A stretch of 64,000 nucleotides of DNA from Anthoceros angustus (lineage: Eukaryota > Plantae > Anthocerotophyta): assembly GCA_010909165.1 (NCBI GenBank), contig MU008158.1, positions 1,575,478 through 1,639,477 on the forward strand, given 5' to 3'. The notes under the pieces were generated by a model that worked only from the letters and a program-made list of their open reading frames with translations, did no database searches and had not been told where the DNA came from. Below, one piece after another: positions 1-12,500 of this stretch (its first letter is position 1; the number at the start of each line of letters is the position of its first letter). The position numbers and the translations under genes were made by a program.

Positions 1-3000
1 GCCGTCGACGCGCCGGGCGACGCCCGACGTGGTGTTCGCGCCAGACGCGACTCGCCGGCAAGCCTCACCGCCATACTCTCCACCGAACCGTCCACCGCCT
101 TCGCTCCATGTCAAGGCAATGGCTTCCTCTCGTGAAAGGCGCCAGGCCATGAGTCCCTGTCGCATTCAAGACACCATTTTGAAAAGCTTGTTTGCAAAGG
201 CCGGGTGGTCATTCGCTATCGGCCGACCTAGCCTGTGCACTGCTACTTGCCCATAATCACAACATTTTCGACCACAACCTCGACGGAGCAATTTTCATGT
301 CCCATTGGTTACGTATGCGTTACTCGTGATGTATGATATTGCCCAAATGGCGCAGCGCTCTCAATGCCCCCATTACTCCATTTTAACGAATCATCGACTT
401 CCGACCATTCCCACACGTCACTTGGGTATTGGCACATTCCGCCATTGGATCGTGCTTGTTTGTTTGGAAATACTTTAATGCCCACTTGGCATCCGGTTTT
501 GCCCCATCCGTCAGCTACTCAAACGACATGCCACAATCTATGTGCCACGCATGGGTTCCTCCTCTCTCCATCCCTCGCCGGAGTAGGCACGGCCACCCCT
601 GTTCCATCCATCGTCCGGATGCATCATCATCGAGTTACTGCGATGGCCACACAATGGACCATCGATGGAGTGCACTGCATAGGAAACCTTCTCGATTCAC
701 AAGGTCAAACCCGATTTCCGCAGCGATGGCCTTGTCCCTCTGGCCGACACTCGTACCATCCAACCTTCAGAATCGGATTATACTCGAGAAGCATCCGCAG
801 AGATTTGCTCTATGTGGCCGTAGAAGACGCGCTCTCTTGAGCTCCCGGCACTGCCCCACCCATGATAAACTTTGCGACACTGCACTATCTTTTGTGCCCG
901 CCGCTTGTCCGCCTCCGCTGTCGAGGTGGCCTTTGTTCCACATGTGACTATGTGCCGTTGCTTGCAACGGGCCATCCATTATAGCCCTCACTGGGTCATA
1001 GCAGGATGCCCCTCCCAAGCGCTCACCGCCTGTGCACCCACCTCTTGAAACTTCGTTCCTCATGTGCACCGTACATCCTCACCTCTTCGTCGTACATGTC
1101 CAAAACTGCATCACCTTCGTGATACAAAGACATAAGTATGGGCGCACCTCAGCGGCATCCATTGTGCAGACGGCCGACACCCAGACTTTTCTCCCACACG
1201 GTCCTCGGGACTCCATGATCCACCGACGTGACCATAGTAACGGAGGAATGACATGCCGAAATGCATACTCTCCTCTCATATACCCCACGGCTATCGGACT
1301 GCTCACCGACCGTCCGCTCTGGATCCTAAGTATCTCTCCACCGGGTACATCCACTGTGCACTGGCCACCACGTCCACTAAATGTATTATGAGGTGGGTTG
1401 ATATATCAAAGACCTTTGGAGGGAATTGCTTTTCCAGAGAGCATCACCACATGACCTCTTCTCGTTGTGCTTGAATTTCATGGCCGATTGTCCGGCAAAT
1501 CCATCCGCATCCGACCCAATTTCACAACCGCCTTGTACACCTGGGTCTATGCACCCCGAAGGACGATGGGAAGATGATTTCCAGCATGATGTGCCGATCA
1601 TGGCACTTCAAGCCCCACTTTGCCCCCTCTAATTTCGCTCCTATGTTAGACCCATAGCCTGGGCAGCTTTATGCGTTTAATTCTCTTTGACTTGGAGGTC
1701 GTCTTTCGCCAAAACGTAAGACGCCTCGGGCAATGGCGCCCTCCCACCGCCACAACCACCTTTTCCTCCATTGGCTTCCATGTCCATCCTTGATGCTAGG
1801 TCGCCTCGCCCGTCAAAGTGTGCCATATGGCCTGCATTGTTCTTTTCCACGTGCATGACATCCTTTGGCGCCATCACAAGAAGGTGACGCCAATATGGGA
1901 GCACCCTAAAGAGAGAAGACATCCGCCGTTCCAAAATTTCCTCACGGATCTGGGTGGCGCACCTTCTCTGCGTACCATATCTCACCACATCATCAAGCGT
2001 TGGTGGTGGGGGACGGAGTTCATCCATCGTATCGTCCATGTCTTCCCACCGTCCGCTATCTCTTGGGCAACCACCTCTTGCCAACATAAACTGCTTTTTA
2101 ATTGATGAGAATAGCGGGAATCCAGGTCCACCGAATCCACACACGGGTCCCTTTCACTTGCAATCCGTGGTGCCCAACCACAGGTAGTCGGCAATGACGT
2201 TCGACCGCCGCACCCTAAAATGCCTCCTAGGATCGTTCACGGTATTGAAAAGTCTTCCATGTCCACCCCTCTCCACAACTCTTCCGGTTCTTCTACCGGC
2301 GCCATATAAACATCAAAATTTTTACCATGCCCCCTGGTACAATGAGAGGCATGATGACATGGGCGTCCTTTGTGCAAGCCGGAGGCATGTTGTGAACGAA
2401 TAGCATAAGCGGCCATATGGACGTGTTGATGACCAAGGGTTGAAGCATGCATAATGCCAACCTCAAGTTGCGAGGTTCATCCCCGAACCCTTCAAGCATC
2501 AAATACTCTCCATGTGTCTCGCCATCATGGACATGTCCCCATTCTCGCTTTGCCTCCCGACCAAGTCATCATCATGCTATTTCCGGCATTCGAACATGCG
2601 TTTCAATCGCCTTCTGAGGAAATGCGAGGACCTTATGGGGAACAGATCTCGCTCATCAAACCCTTCCTTGTACCGTGCCACACGAGGGCAATGGACGCTG
2701 CCCGCGTACTCACCGAATAGAATACAATCTTTTCACAAGCATGGATTTTCACGTATCTTGGCCCAAACATGTGCAACACGACTTTGCCTCGTACATGTCC
2801 TTGGCTTTGTTCGAATCGCAAAATATCCACACTTAAGAGCTTTAAAAGTGCGCCACAGCGACGCCATCGACACATCGTTACAAGACAAATGTTGCGCTCG
2901 CTTTCTTTCGATTGGACTTCCTCTTCAATGTGGTATAACGGCGCCGCAGCCTCGGCAAGCCTGGACTCCATCCTCGCCGCCATCGCAACATCCGTGGCTT

Positions 3001-4518
3001 CCAAAGAACTCGTCCCACGCGTACTTGCATATCATCACCTCCCCGAACCCTCATCCATACTTTTCGTCGGAACTACTAGTGGTCGGTAGGATGGCCACCG
3101 CGTTCGCTGACCCATCCGAGCCCGTATCCGAATCCGTCTGGGGAGACGCCAAGACGGCCGCGCTTCTATGCCACTGTCTCGCCGACCGCAAAAGCCACCT
3201 TAAAGCTAGAATTGGAGTGCATTTGCTGGCCATTGATGCGAGAGAACTCACGGCCACCGCGGTGCGGACAGTGGCGCATTGAATTCTTGAAATGTGTGCT
3301 ACGTGAGCTCGCGAGCTCGCGATGTGGCGGTGGACAATACATGTACACCGCATCCGCATTTCGTGGCATCCTCCCTGTGGTCGTGATCCGTAGGCACGGC
3401 AACCACAAAGACAAAGAAAGGTGGTACATCCGTTATCCGAACGCCCCGCCCCCACGGTGCAATCATGACTTCATGACCCATAAACACGACACGTAGGACT
3501 GGAACGCGTGCTTAAACCATGGACGGAAGCACAAACGCCACCGCTTATGGAGATCCCGCCGTCCGTGATGACCCTCGGCGTAAGTCGACCAACGATCGGG
3601 GCAAAGCTACGCCGAGGCGATGCACGACGAAGCAGATCTGGGCGACAAGAACCTCGCGCCGGACATGAGCAGAATTTGCGAACCGAGGAGCCACCACCGT
3701 CTTCCAATCCCAACTCGGCGGCGAGAGAGCACGTTGGCAGCACGCCAATCGGATGCACGCAATGTTCGCGATGCGGCGGCAAAGCCGGGCGCAGCGTGGT
3801 AGCCGACTCTTCCGACGGGGCCCGGAGATTGGGCGTAGTGTAGGGTGACACCGCAATGGAAAGGGAGGATGTGCGCTAGCTAGCTTGGTGGTGGCACCAA
3901 CGGTCGAGATGGTTGACACGCGTATCGTCCATTGCATTTGGGGATGCGTGTTTTGATTTAAAGTTGATTACACACAATCCAAGAAGTTCGACAACGGCCT
4001 TGATCGTCCTAAGCTTGCAAGCATATGCGAACAAAGCGTGAGGAGGCGCCTTCCCCTTGGTGTAAACAACCTCCTTCATGTCCACGCTCACGGCAAGGAA
4101 TAGTGTTGAGCTCATTGTCTCAAAGTCTCTGACATCCCATGTTGCGCCATTCTCGTGAAAGGGCATCAACCCGTGCAGAGTGCGCTCCATGCCCCTCGTC
4201 CAACGATCCCAATTCCATTCCCGTGAAGTGTGTAGCTTCAGCCATGCGCGCCGGACGTGAAGCCCCCACATCGGCAGCTTGTTCTATCCAAAGCGACTCA
4301 CTCAACCTCCTCCTTGGATCGTGGCCTCTGCAGAAATTGTAGCTCCAATGCGGTTCGCCTCTTCTTCCCATGGAGGAAATGTGGCTTGACCACTGGCACT
4401 CCGCCGAGCGCCCGGATGCTGCCGCCGCCACAGCGATTGCTCCTCCACTTTCCTCTTGCCTCGTGATCACCCGGACTGGTCTCACGGGAGGGTGGCGGTA
4501 ATATCCGCCTTTACCCTT
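1..4518 (-). mobile_element. Decayed CACTA/En-Spm DNA transposon (Tnp2/Transposase_21, DUF4218, DUF4216 remnants), left part
   Basis: Minus-strand translations give LPYWRHLLV..DVMHVEKN (1677-2144), and near 1320-1440 read QFPPKVFDISTHLIIHLVD..GPVH..WMYPVERYLG. Both are hallmark CACTA transposase motifs. The region is heavily frameshifted. Confidence 0.85.
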
Positions 4519-7500
4519 TGTGGAACGTAAGAATTTTGGTCACCCAAGACGCTGCAGAGACCGACGAAGGATGAATAGCGTGGTTCAGTGTAGGTAGGTA
4601 GGTCGATAGAAACAGTAGGAAGATGGTAGGACGTCCGAGGGAGTTCGGGACTTAATCAATCGGCAGGAGGTCTGATCGGGTAGAAAGTATGGGTAGATAG
4701 AAGCATATATAGGCATGATAGGTTCCAAAGTTCCTTGGACCATGGGGAGTAGGAATATTCGGGATAGGAAGTTCCTTGGCCTTCAATTATTTAGGTTCGC
4801 ATGGCTATATATGCCAAAAGGGCTAGTTAAGTTGTAGATGGAAAATGGCTACGTGGAGTTTTGAACCGACACGGGCGCCATCGGAGGAGCGCCATTAAGG
4901 CGATTTGCATGTACCGCAAACTCGTTAGCTGTGGTTTTGAACGGGCGCCTTTCAGCGAACCGCAGTCGGGCCGAGGGAGTAAGTGGAGTTGCGCTCAAGA
5001 AGGAAGGCAGCGGAGCGTCCACCGCAGCGCACAGTCGGGGAGCGCGAACTCAAGGCGCCGAGGAGCGAGGCGGCCATCGGGCGCGAGCTGGGCATGAGCG
5101 ATTGGCCGGAAGGAGTGAGGGGGGGATCCGCAAGGCGCGAGTGGAGGTGCTCGAGGAGGCGATTGTGTAGAGGCGCCGAGGGGTGAGCTCAAGGCTACCA
5201 GACGTCAAAAGGCGAGCAAGGTGGAGAAGTTGGAGGGGAGATTGAAGGGGGCCAAGGCCACTCTTAGTGGTTGCGTTGAGGCGACTGCCGAGGAGCGCGG
5301 AAGCTCCCCTTGCTTGTCTCACCCAAACCACCACCTCTTTGCTCTCCACTCTCTTAGCCCGATAGATTACTCCAATCTCTCCAATTTTGCTATCCTTGTG
5401 TGTGCTCCCCTGCGATGGTAAAGATAGTGAGGACGGGAACGGGGTACTCCCACGGGAGGAAACCTCCGCCGCCACACCGCCCACAAAGGGAAAAGGTAAG
5501 AAACACCCACCCCGAGTTCGAGTGTAGGCCGCCCAAATTTCACCTCGAGATTTGAGGCGTTCGAGCGCCACGCCCGAGATGAAGATGGAATACATTGGTA
5601 CCTGGCACTTTGCAGCCCCGCCTTGGTTCGAGTGTGCGCGATTTAATGAGAGTGACCAAGGCGGACGCCGTTCCTGGAGGATGCGACAATCAAGCCATCC
5701 CGGGATGTGGATGCATGTGATAATGATTTGATACCGGAAGCACAAGGGAGGGATCATTCAGCTTCAGCCTCCAAGAATCGATCCCGAGGAGGTTATGAGT
5801 CATGTTCCTACGACCAAAGGAGGAAGTATGGTCGCAAGGCAATGGCTGGAGGATCTCTTTGTTCAAGGAGCGGAAGTGGAATTTATTCGCCAAGATATGG
5901 GGGAGACGCGCGAGAAGACGACTGGAAATTCCCATTTAATGATGTATGAGATGTCCCAGGGGAAGTTGGTAGATTGGGCCACCATTCTGTATGAACAAGC
6001 AGTTGCGCACCGAAACCATTTGGTGATGGAGGGAGCAAGAATCAGTTTTGTCTCTACCTTCCTCGTACACCTATATCAGAGGGAGGAGGTTCTTACAGCT
6101 GACGAGCTGGAAGAAGCCAAGATAGAAGCTACCCTGGTGAGGGTAGTGGAAGGGGAGCCATCAGGCCCAGAGGATGAAGAGAGGACAGAGGCCCCGGGCA
6201 AGAGACCGCCACGAACCAACATGAGGCCTCGTGGATCGTGAACCCAACAAGAGAAAGGGAAGAAGGCCATAGAAGCACCTCCTACGGAGGGAAGGAGGAA
6301 AGGATACGAGACCACCTACCGAGGGTTGAGGATTGGAAGGCCGACAACACCGGTGGGGAGTGAACCCCTACAGAGGGACCTGTGGAGGACGGAGGACCTA
6401 CGGTAGGAGCTTTCCCACCAAGAAGTAGTAACAAGACTTGAGGTGGACGAGAAGAACGCCGAGGAGCGTTGGTGACCCACGCACCAGGGAGGAGCAGAGG
6501 AAGTGTTCGAGAATGGCATCCCTGAGGGTAGTCGAGAAGGAAGTGGGCGCAGGATCTATGGACGCCCTAGTGGACCGTGTCGGAGGTGACCAAGTTCGTC
6601 TAACTTCGAGACCTAAAAGGAGCCGGAGGATGCCGAGAAGAAATTGAGAGGAGCTCAAAACCACCTCCGAGAAGCAACACTGCTAGATCCGCCAAAGAGC
6701 GACAGATGACCACCAAGTTGGTGAATGTGTGGGAAATGATTGACCGTCTTAGGAGAGGCAAAATCAGCCAAGAGGGCCGAGGAGTTGGAAGCCAGAAGGA
6801 GGCGGAAAGTTGGAAGCTACCCTAGCAAGGGTAGGACACATCGAACGCAGCAAGGAGGAGGCAAGATTCATAGCAAGGCCCCGGGACCTTGAAGACGAAG
6901 GACCTCCTACGAAGAAGTTAGTTGCCATGGAGCAACGGAAGGAGCATTACAAGGAAAATACGGCTTGGTGAAGGAACAAGGATGGGACAATGTGACTAAG
7001 GGTCACAAAGAGGAGCTTCAGACACGAGAGAACTTTTGGAGCAAAGAAGGAACACGACCTTACCCACGCCTATGAAACGGAGGCAAGGAACCGCAAGGAA
7101 GTTTTGATGGCCCAACGATCTTTGGAGGGTCTTGTCATTCGAGGAGCAAAGTAGAGCGATCACTTATAGTGAAACGCATGGCGATGGAAGCCATGGAGAA
7201 AGATAAGGAGATTGGGAGGCTTGCCTGGAGTTGGAGAGAGCGAGTGGAGAAAGAGGCCGCATTGGTAGGAGTGACAAATCGCCGGTGGGACGAAAAGGCC
7301 ATCCCACTAAGGGTCCGCATCATGGACAAAAGAAGGAGAGTGGTAGGGTGGCGACCTACTACAACAACAACCTCCTAGAAGCGATTGAGGAACGCTGCTG
7401 AGGAAGAAAGAAATGACCTCACCGCTCGACGCCAAGTGGAATGGCACCGGAGGTCAAACTTTGAGTTGGTACAAGGAAAGCTGGCGACATAGCCGAGCGA

Positions 7501-8814
7501 GAGTCAAGAAGCACCACGGCGACGCCAGAACCTCCCGAGACGGTGGAGCTATCAAGCGGGAGGAAGAGATGATGGTAGGATGGTACCAAAGTTCCTACTG
7601 TAGGAACTGAAGAGGAGGAGGTGACCCAAGGAAGGGTACCTCCGGTCACGAAACCCAGTGTGAGGGAAGGTACCCCATAGCAAGATCCAAACAGAGGTGG
7701 GAGACGAACCGCCTACCAAGAAGACGAGAATGAGGGGAGGAACCCATCGAGGATGAACGAGTAGGAGGAATGGAACCTCCTACCTAAAGGAAGACCTACC
7801 AGAGGGGCACGAGGCGGCTACTGCAGCATAGTCCCGAGAAGACTCGGAGGTGGGCAAGGCTAAGCGACCCATCAAGGGGAAGACATTGAAGCTGAGGGCT
7901 AACAAAAGCAGCGAACGAGGATGTCGAGGAGGACCTTTCAAGAGGGACGTTTTGTCCCAAGTGGTGCACACCTTGGGAAGTGTGAGTATTTAAGAGTGGC
8001 GAGATGAGCAGGATATTCGTCAAGGTGAGCGGAGTGAGGACGAATCGTAAGGGGCCGACAAGAGTCCTATTGTTGGACTTGGCAAGTCGCCTAGCATTAA
8101 ACTAGCACGAGTGGCGTCGACTCCCCACCTATAAAAGGGAGGGTGGAAGAATGAATAAACACCGACCTTGCTTTGTCATGCATTCTTCGCCTCCCGGCGC
8201 ATCCCTTTGTGTGTGTATGACCGCCGCCGCCAAGCGACGAGAAGGCGAAGGGTGGGGTTCGGAGGCCCTCGCGGTGGGTTCGCCAACGCAGCTCCTCCTC
8301 TCGTGAAAGATTGTTGTTGGATGTGCTTTGTGTTTCGGGTGGCCCCTGCAGGATGGCGCCGACTACGCCGCTGTGTTCGCACGCAATCGCCCGAGAAATA
8401 CCCAGCTAGTCACCCTGTGCAGCAGGCCAAGGGAGGAAAGAACGCTATAGTAGAGTTAGATTTGGGGATCGAATGAAGTGAGTTATGTGGTGGTCCGTGA
8501 GCTATGTTTCTTTTGAGAATGGTGAAGAGGTTGGCTATGGGTGTGTCGTTGTAGAGTGAATTGATCTAGTTGGCGAGGAGAGTGTTGAGGTGGAGGGAAT
8601 CTCGAAGGGGAGCGCGCCGGCCGAGCAACCCAAACGCATAACACAGCTTGTTGCCCACACCGAGGACAAGTAGAGAGGAATGACGAGAGTGAGAGAGTGA
8701 GAGGAACGACTCGCAAACAATCCGAACCAAATCTCTTGGGATCGAACACGATTCAACGACGGATAAGTGTGGCCACCGAGGCGAGCTCCGGGTGACCGAG
8801 GCAAACCTACCACA
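4519..8814 (+). repeat. 5' LTR (~4.3 kb)
   Basis: Starts TGTGGAACG, ends CTACCACA, and is colinear with 14989-19278. TATAAAA at 8130-8136. Confidence 0.92.
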
Positions 8815-8818
8815 TTTT

Positions 8819-8836
8819 TGGCGCCTGTCGGGATTT
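8819..8836 (+). promoter_or_regulatory. Primer binding site (TGGCGCC..., tRNA identity uncertain)
   Basis: TGGCGCCTGTCGGGATT lies 4 nt after the 5' LTR end. TGG is complementary to the tRNA 3' CCA. Confidence 0.7.
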
Positions 8837-9599
8837 GCTTGAGGATTGTGTGTGAGTGAATGATGATAGAGGGAGTAAACGGACATTGCGAAGTCCAACC
8901 CCCTTTCAACTCGCGAAAGGGCGCGGCGGGGATGAGTATCGACAGAGAGGCAATCCCGAGGGTTAGCCGAGCCATCGCGCTAGAGTGGAGGTAACAGCGG
9001 TAAGCGCTGAGGAAGAAAGTACGACAACGCATCACACCACGCTTGTCTCGATTGTTTTGCAGGAGAAGGTCCGACAGCGCCTACCCACGGACGGGAGCGT
9101 GGTACTTTGGAACATCAAGAAGAGAGCGGAACCAAGAACGGAGGCCGAGCTCATTTCTTTGCGAACCCTTCGAGAGTCACGACTGGAGTTAGTATCACCC
9201 ACGAACGGTGTGACTCGAGGGGAAGTAGGTGGTCCCGCCTACCACCCGTCCGAACGCACTGCATCCTCTTCTCGACACCGACACCTTAGAAGATTTTTCG
9301 ACTCGAGCCCCGAGAAAACGCCTTGTTTGATGAGATCATCTCCTGAGGGGAGTCAACGAGCGACACGCTGAGTTTGTTACCGAGAGGGCTCGGGAGGCAG
9401 CCATACGGGCGGCGTTGATCGCAGACCAGGGAGCAAGGATTGGGACACTTACAATCGAATATCTCGATCATTTGGCCAAGTTGCAAATGTAAGCGCGAGG
9501 CGCCAGAGAAGAAGCAAGAATTGTGGGAGCCGAGCGAAGACACAATCAAGTCCACAACCCACGAGCAAGAGCTGCCCGAGTTTCTCACTTACTCGGCGT

Positions 9600-12500
9600 G
9601 TGACGACGGTTCGACAAGATCGACACTTTGCCCATAGCCATGAGCGGAGCGGAGGAGCCGACAGGAGCAAGCCCCCATCACCCGCACAAGGCAGCCATAT
9701 CCCAAATTTGGATCCAAGAAGGAGGACGACATCGATGCCGAAAGTTTTGTAAAACTTTTCAATCCATTTCGAGGGCTAACATCGAGGATTCCTCGGCTGA
9801 TCGGGTAATGGATTTTTCCGTGCTATGCAGGACCTGCGCAACAATGGTATGCCGAAGTTCTCTACCCCACCCACCGCTATTGCTGATGATTTTATTCGTT
9901 TTTGAGCCACACTACCCATGTGTTAACAAACTTCGTGACTGCGAAAGAAGAAAGAATCCTTGCTCGATTATGTGGAACGGTTTTACGCTCGAGAAGATAC
10001 TCCCGAGAGTGGACAACACGGAGGAGAATCACAAGCGATTCGGAAGAACAAGCGTTGGATTGGTTCGTCTGTGGACTACCACGAAGATGGAGATTCACCG
10101 CAGGGCAATGATACCTTGGAGGAAGGCATCGAAGCATGGGAGGCCGCCTACCGGGAGGAGAAGACGAAGAAAGCGAGTGGCAAGAGGAAGAAAGGAAGAG
10201 ACATCGCCTTCAAGTTCGTCAAGAATCGACGTCAAGACACTCACGGAACCATCATCATCAAGAGAATTCAACATCCGGACGGATGATGATAATCGGAAGA
10301 AGCACATCATAAAGTGAAAAAGACTTGGAACATTTGTCAAGAAGAAGGAGAGAGACAAGAGAAACGCCACGGTTTCAGAGAAGGGAAAAGGGAACGAATG
10401 GAAGGTCGCCACCAAGACACCAATTTGGAAGACGTGATGAAACGCGTGATACATCGAGATCAAATTAGTCAAGAATCGACCGACGCGACGATCTCCTTCC
10501 CTACCCGGCAGCAAGTCTTTTGTAGCAATCATCACCAGCCATACGCATCGAATGCTCTCTCAAGACACGATGGGTCAATGTGGAGTACGATCTAGACCCA
10601 TACTATTCGTGAGAGGAGGTGTATCGATGCGTGAGAGCTCGACCGCCTCAATCCATGAGAGCCACCTATCAACCCCAAGATCACCCAAAGGGATGAGGTA
10701 TGGTCCAAGGCAAGAATCGCGAATCAATGGCGACCGGAATCCTCTCAACGACCCTAATGTACCGCCACCATTGTTACAACTGGGGCGCCTGATCATTATG
10801 CGAATGCATGTCCGTAACCAAGGCGATTGGGTACACCCTTCGTCAGTCTGCAAGGCGCAGTCATATAGCGGGAGATGCAAGATGTACGGGGCCCAAGACC
10901 ATTCTCGCTGCACTGTGGTACGATTCGCTAACCTGGGTGACAGGGAGATTCCACCAAACCCGAGATCTCGTGCCCACCCCCAGACAGTGGAAGTAGAAGA
11001 CGAACGCTGGGGAGAGGAGCAAGAAGGCGAATGGAAGTGCAGAGTGGACTCGGGTATATCCCGGAGAAGACGAGTTACGCCGCCACTCACAAGACGGAAG
11101 GAGGGACGACACCTCAACGGGAATGCTGAAATTGGAAGTTCGGAGATGGGGAATCCGAGCGAAAGAAAAGAAGAATGCCGAGGAAGCGACATCGAGAGAT
11201 GAAGAAACGGGCCAACAGACCGGGGCACCGAGGGAGGGCGGTCCAAAGGCTTAAATTACCGACATCGCCGAGAGGTGGCGGCATGCTCGATGCCGAATTA
11301 CGGAAACTCACTCAAGAAGTGAAACATGCACCCGTAAACCATGGGTCCAGAGGGAGTGATGACAAAAGATGGAGGGTTACGCAAGAAGAAGTAATCGGCT
11401 GAGGAAAAGAAGACCCTCTCATTGAAAGGTCACCGCTTTGCGACTGTTGGATCAAGAATTCCTTGTGACATTTCGACAACTCTTGTCCGACAACCCCAAG
11501 TATCGAATGATGCGAGAAGCGATGAAAGGGACTCACGACGTAAAACCGTAAACGAATTACGGATGTACGAGTTGTGGAACTCATGGATTTGGGTGCGTGA
11601 AATATCGGCCAAGTGAACGGATGCTTGATAAGGCGGTACCATCGACCCGGCTCGTGTTAACTGATGATGGAAGAAACGCCAGCAAACTAGGATACACCAA
11701 GTTCGAGGACACGCACCATTCTACGAATGGCGGATCGACGCGCGACCGCTGGTACCCACCCACTAACATTGGAGGCATTGTTTTCCTTTGACTATGTGGT
11801 CATGCGACCGTCCGACCCGGGGTATCAAGTGTTGATAGGGAGGCCATGGCTATACGGCAGCAAAGCCGCTTGATTGGGGAAGAAGGAAAATTATCGCTCA
11901 AGGGCATGCCGCTGGCTCATGCCTCCGTGAGTGGAGCAAGGAAACCTATGAAGGGAAACGGAATCCTCACCGAGGAGTACACCTCGAGGTTGGGGAGGAG
12001 AGAGGAGAGGAAAATTCTTCGATCGATGATCAAACGTATTGTCTGTCAAGCTTGACGCTTCCAAGTCGAGAAGAAGAATGAGTACAATGGAGAAGGGACG
12101 AGAAAGCATCCTTGGATAAGGAAAGCCGACAATGAAGATTTTCCGATGAAGGAACGGGCCACTAGGAAGTTGTCCTGGACCAAAGGATCAAGCCTTAGAG
12201 GAAATGGAGCTCGGAAGAAAGTCATGGTATGCGTGCATCCGCGAACAAAGAGAAGAAACAACTCCATGTTGTTGGAATACATAGATTGTTTCGCTCAAGG
12301 TAACCAAATGACCGTATACCGAGGAGTTGGGGAGTGCACCGAATCGACTTGAAGGAAGGAGCGACTCGGTGAGGATCAAGCAAGACGACTCAATCCAAAG
12401 TATTCTAGTGGTGAAGGAGCAATTGGATCAAGATTCCGGAGGCGGAGTAATCTATCCCGCATCACAAGCGAATGGGTGGCACCGATTGTGATTGTGCCTA

